In this document: one piece after another, positions 36,616 through 39,702 of the stretch
Layout: every line of letters starts with the position of its first letter
How positions within the stretch are numbered: position 1 is the stretch's first letter
Assembly: GCA_041946805.1 (NCBI GenBank)
Contig: JBHGBC010000045.1
Coordinates: forward strand, 1 to 39,702
DNA length: 39,702 nucleotides
Source of the DNA: a bacterium
GTDB lineage: Bacteria; Hinthialibacterota; Hinthialibacteria; Hinthialibacterales; Hinthialibacteraceae
Direction: 5' to 3'
The notes under the pieces: generated by a model
Told to the model about the DNA's origin: nothing
Seen by the model: only the letters and a program-made list of their open reading frames with translations
The model's database searches: none
Program-made: the position numbers and the translations under genes

Positions 36616-39411
36616 ATGATCACCAACAGACTCCATACCCTGTTCATTGTACTTCTGGCTTTCCTGCCGTTCGCGCCGGCCTCCTACGCCGCCGAAATCC
36701 CCCGGCCCGGGCATCCCCGGATGGATTTCCGCCGCGACGCCTGGTTGAACCTCAACGGCGCGTGGAACTTCGCGTTCGATTCCGAAAACGCCGGTGAAGC
36801 CAATGGCTGGTTTAAAGCGGACCATGCCGCCTGGCCAAAGACTATCAATGTCCCGTACCCGTGGGAAAGCCGGCTTTCCGGCATCGCCGATACCAACTAC
36901 AAGGGCACGGCCTGGTACCAGCGCCGTTTCACCCTGCCCGCCGAATGGCAAGGCAAGCAAATCCTGCTGCATTTCGGCGCGGTGGACTGGTACGCCAAGG
37001 TGTGGGTGGATGGAACCCTGGTAGGTGAACACGACGGCGGCTATACCCCGTTTTCGTTCGTCATCAATCCCGCACTGCGGGGCGAGGGGGAGCATGTGCT
37101 GACCGTCAAGGTGATCGACACCACCAATCCCGAGCACCCCGTCGGCAAGCAGGTCAACTGGTACACCACCACCAGCGGCATCTGGCAGACCGTGTACCTG
37201 GAAGCCGCCGGCCCCGCGGAGCGCGCCACGATCCAGGATGTCCGCTTCACCTCCACGCTGGACGGCCGCGTCACGGTCGAAGTGACGCCCAGCCGGCCCA
37301 CGCAAAACGCCATGCAAGTGGTCCTGCTGCCCGATGTTCCCCCCGATGATGCCGGTTCTTCCGCTTCCATACATAGTTCCGATGCGATCGAGGGAGGAAA
37401 GGGCGAAATCACCGTGGAAAATCCCCAACTCTGGTCGCCGGAATCTCCCACGCTTTACTTCGTGCAACTCAACCTGTTCGACGGATCCGAAATGGTGGAT
37501 TCCATTCATACCTACTTTGCGTTCCGTGATGTCAGCCGGGGAAAATACGGCGGCCTGCCGGACGAATGCATTCAGTTAAACCGTAAGCCGTTCTACCTCC
37601 TCAGCGCCCTCAACCAAGCGTTCAATCCCGAAGGCGTTTACACCTATCCCACGGATCAAATGATCCGCAAGGACGTGGAAGACACGCTGGAGTTCGGCTT
37701 CAACAACCTGCGCATCCATATCAAGGTGGACGAACCCCGCCTCTACTATTGGGCCGACCGCCTGGGACTGACGCTGCTCTATGATATGCCCTGCTTCATC
37801 AAGTTCACGGATGAAGCCAAGCGGACCTTCGAATACACGATGCGCCAGGCCATCGCCCGCGACAAGAATCATCCCTCCATCCTGGCCTGGGTGATCTTCA
37901 ACGAGACTTGGGGATTGAATTTCAAAGATCCGGCACAGGTCGATTTCGTCAAGGACATGTATACCAAGGCCAAGGCGCTCGATCCCACCCGGCTGGTGGA
38001 AGACAACTCCGCCTGCAACTACGACCACATCGTCACGGACATCAACTCCTGGCACTTCTATATCTATGACCATGCCAAGGCGCGCGAACACATCGAAAAA
38101 GTGGTGAAGGAAACCTATCCCGGTTCGCCCTTCAATTTCCTTAAAGGCTTCCAACAAGAGACCCAGCCGCTGATCAACAGCGAATACGGCGGCGTCAGCG
38201 CGGGCATGGGCGACCGCGACATCTCCTGGTGCTTCCATTACCTCACCCAGGAACTGCGGCGGCATTCCAAAATTCAAGGCTATGTGTACACCGAACTGCA
38301 GGACATCGAGTGGGAACACAACGGCTTCATGAACTACGACCGCTCCCGCAAGGTGTTCGGGTATGAAGAATTCGTCCCCGTGCCCGAGGGGCATAAGCCT
38401 TTTACCTGCCGCGATCTGAACGCCGCCGATTTTCTCATCCTCGGCGCGACGCCGGGCGAACGGCTTCCCACGCCCCACGACACCGACAACTTCATGGGGT
38501 TTTTCTTCGGCGCGGTCCGGCGCCAGGTCCCCGTGGCCTTGAGCCTCTTCTCGGGACGCGAGGGAGGCGAATTCAAACTGAACTGGAACTTGTATGGTTT
38601 GGGCCGCAATGGTACAGAATGGGGCAAGTACCAGGAAGGGCATGCCACCATTACCGGAAAACCCTATACGGTCACGGAAGGCCAATCCATCCGCCTCAAG
38701 TTCTGGGATGATCCCGGACGGTTGTATGTGCTCTACGCCTGGGTGGAAGATGCCAAGGGCAACCTGGTCGCCCGGAACTTCTGGCCCTGCGTCAATTTCG
38801 GGAACGGGGTCAGCCGGGAATACGCGATGCGCATGTGGTCCCGCACCGAGTATTATTACAACTGGAAACCGGTGGAGTACGAATCCATCACCGGGACGGT
38901 GGATGAATTTCCGAAAGGCGAGCGGGATGTGGTTTCCATCCCGGGAGAGGCCTCGGTCACCTACCTGGTGAAAAATCACCAAGGCACGGTGTTGACGAAA
39001 AAAACCGCGGACGAAGCGTATCTGATGTTCGAACTCGCCGCCTGCGCCGGAAACGAGCGGGTCGATTGGAAGGAAAAAATCCAAGCGAAGAGCACGCCCC
39101 AGACCGACGCGGACAACCAGTTCCCATCCAAAGTGGAAGTCTGGGTGAAGGATGAACTTCTCGCCACGCTGGACCTGCCCGACGATCCGGCGGATTACCG
39201 GGGGATTCTTAGCAACATCTTCCGGCTGGCCCCGCCCAGTTCGTATGGGTATTTCCAGAAATTGTCCATTCCGAAGGAAATCCTGGAGAAGGACGCGCCG
39301 TTCAAGGTGGTCATCAAAACCGCTCCAGGCACTCAAGGCGGCTTGCGGATTTTCGGCGGCGCCAGCGGCCGCTACCCGACACCGCCCACGTTGATGTTGG
39401 TGGAGAAGTGA
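36616..39411 (+). CDS. Glycoside hydrolase family 2, secreted
   Basis: Signal peptide; LHFGAVDW, HDGGYTPF, SGIWQTVYLE, FNETWG acid/base, NSEYGG nucleophile; AGGAG RBS before ATG 36616. Confidence 0.92.
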   Translation: MITNRLHTLFIVLLAFLPFAPASYAAEIPRPGHPRMDFRRDAWLNLNGAWNFAFDSENAGEANGWFKADHAAWPKTINVPYPWESRLSGIADTNYKGTAWYQRRFTLPAEWQGKQILLHFGAVDWYAKVWVDGTLVGEHDGGYTPFSFVINPALRGEGEHVLTVKVIDTTNPEHPVGKQVNWYTTTSGIWQTVYLEAAGPAERATIQDVRFTSTLDGRVTVEVTPSRPTQNAMQVVLLPDVPPDDAGSSASIHSSDAIEGGKGEITVENPQLWSPESPTLYFVQLNLFDGSEMVDSIHTYFAFRDVSRGKYGGLPDECIQLNRKPFYLLSALNQAFNPEGVYTYPTDQMIRKDVEDTLEFGFNNLRIHIKVDEPRLYYWADRLGLTLLYDMPCFIKFTDEAKRTFEYTMRQAIARDKNHPSILAWVIFNETWGLNFKDPAQVDFVKDMYTKAKALDPTRLVEDNSACNYDHIVTDINSWHFYIYDHAKAREHIEKVVKETYPGSPFNFLKGFQQETQPLINSEYGGVSAGMGDRDISWCFHYLTQELRRHSKIQGYVYTELQDIEWEHNGFMNYDRSRKVFGYEEFVPVPEGHKPFTCRDLNAADFLILGATPGERLPTPHDTDNFMGFFFGAVRRQVPVALSLFSGREGGEFKLNWNLYGLGRNGTEWGKYQEGHATITGKPYTVTEGQSIRLKFWDDPGRLYVLYAWVEDAKGNLVARNFWPCVNFGNGVSREYAMRMWSRTEYYYNWKPVEYESITGTVDEFPKGERDVVSIPGEASVTYLVKNHQGTVLTKKTADEAYLMFELAACAGNERVDWKEKIQAKSTPQTDADNQFPSKVEVWVKDELLATLDLPDDPADYRGILSNIFRLAPPSSYGYFQKLSIPKEILEKDAPFKVVIKTAPGTQGGLRIFGGASGRYPTPPTLMLVEK

Positions 39412-39626
39412 TGAAAATCACCTATGACGCGGAAATTGACGCGCTCTATATTCAATTGCGGCCGATCAATCCTGGTGAGGCCACCAACCAGGAATTAGCG
39501 GAAGGTATCACCGCGGACTTTGGCCCCGACGGCCTTTTATCGGGAATCGAGATTCTGGATGCCAGCCGGATTTGTGGAAAAGAACGAGAGAAAGTCATTG
39601 TCGAACTGACTCCTATCGTCAAATGA
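39411..39626 (+). CDS. DUF2283-domain protein (antitoxin-like)
   Basis: MKITYDAEIDALYIQL...GITADFGPDGLLSGIEILDAS; TGATG overlap with the GH2 stop. Confidence 0.88.
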   Translation: MKITYDAEIDALYIQLRPINPGEATNQELAEGITADFGPDGLLSGIEILDASRICGKEREKVIVELTPIVK

Positions 39627-39702
39627 GGTAGGGTGTTTAGTAATTGTACTCCATAGAGGTAACAGGTTTCCGCATGATCGTAGGGGCACGTCGCGACGTG
39701 CC

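Overview
GC-rich bacterial chromosomal window with no prophage, intact IS, CRISPR array or rRNA that I could recognise. Housekeeping genes: uvrC, spoVG, a small bS22-type ribosomal protein missed by the ORF track, purE, HU, moaA, tRNA-Leu(GAG) and tandem tRNA-Ser(TGA)/Ser(GCT). It also carries surface-polysaccharide enzymes, a carbohydrate-utilisation set (two Tat-exported Gfo/Idh/MocA oxidoreductases, two uncharacterised secreted GH-like proteins, a sugar porter, a PIG-L deacetylase, a GH2), two Fic proteins and several toxin-antitoxin modules or remnants. Main leads: (1) a uL29-like protein outside the S10 operon, translationally coupled to a lipid kinase; (2) an orphan promoter-terminator unit predicting a ~97-nt sRNA; (3) an oriC-like DnaA-box region with no dnaA in the window; (4) intergenic mosaics of about seven short repeat types, including twelve copies of a 33-bp triplex-type element; (5) two 88%-identical Ser tRNAs reading disjoint codon boxes; (6) an APH-fold protein with substituted catalytic motifs; (7) a circularly permuted malectin domain; (8) a doubly inactivated hicA. 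All family calls are by eye from motifs; no searches were run.
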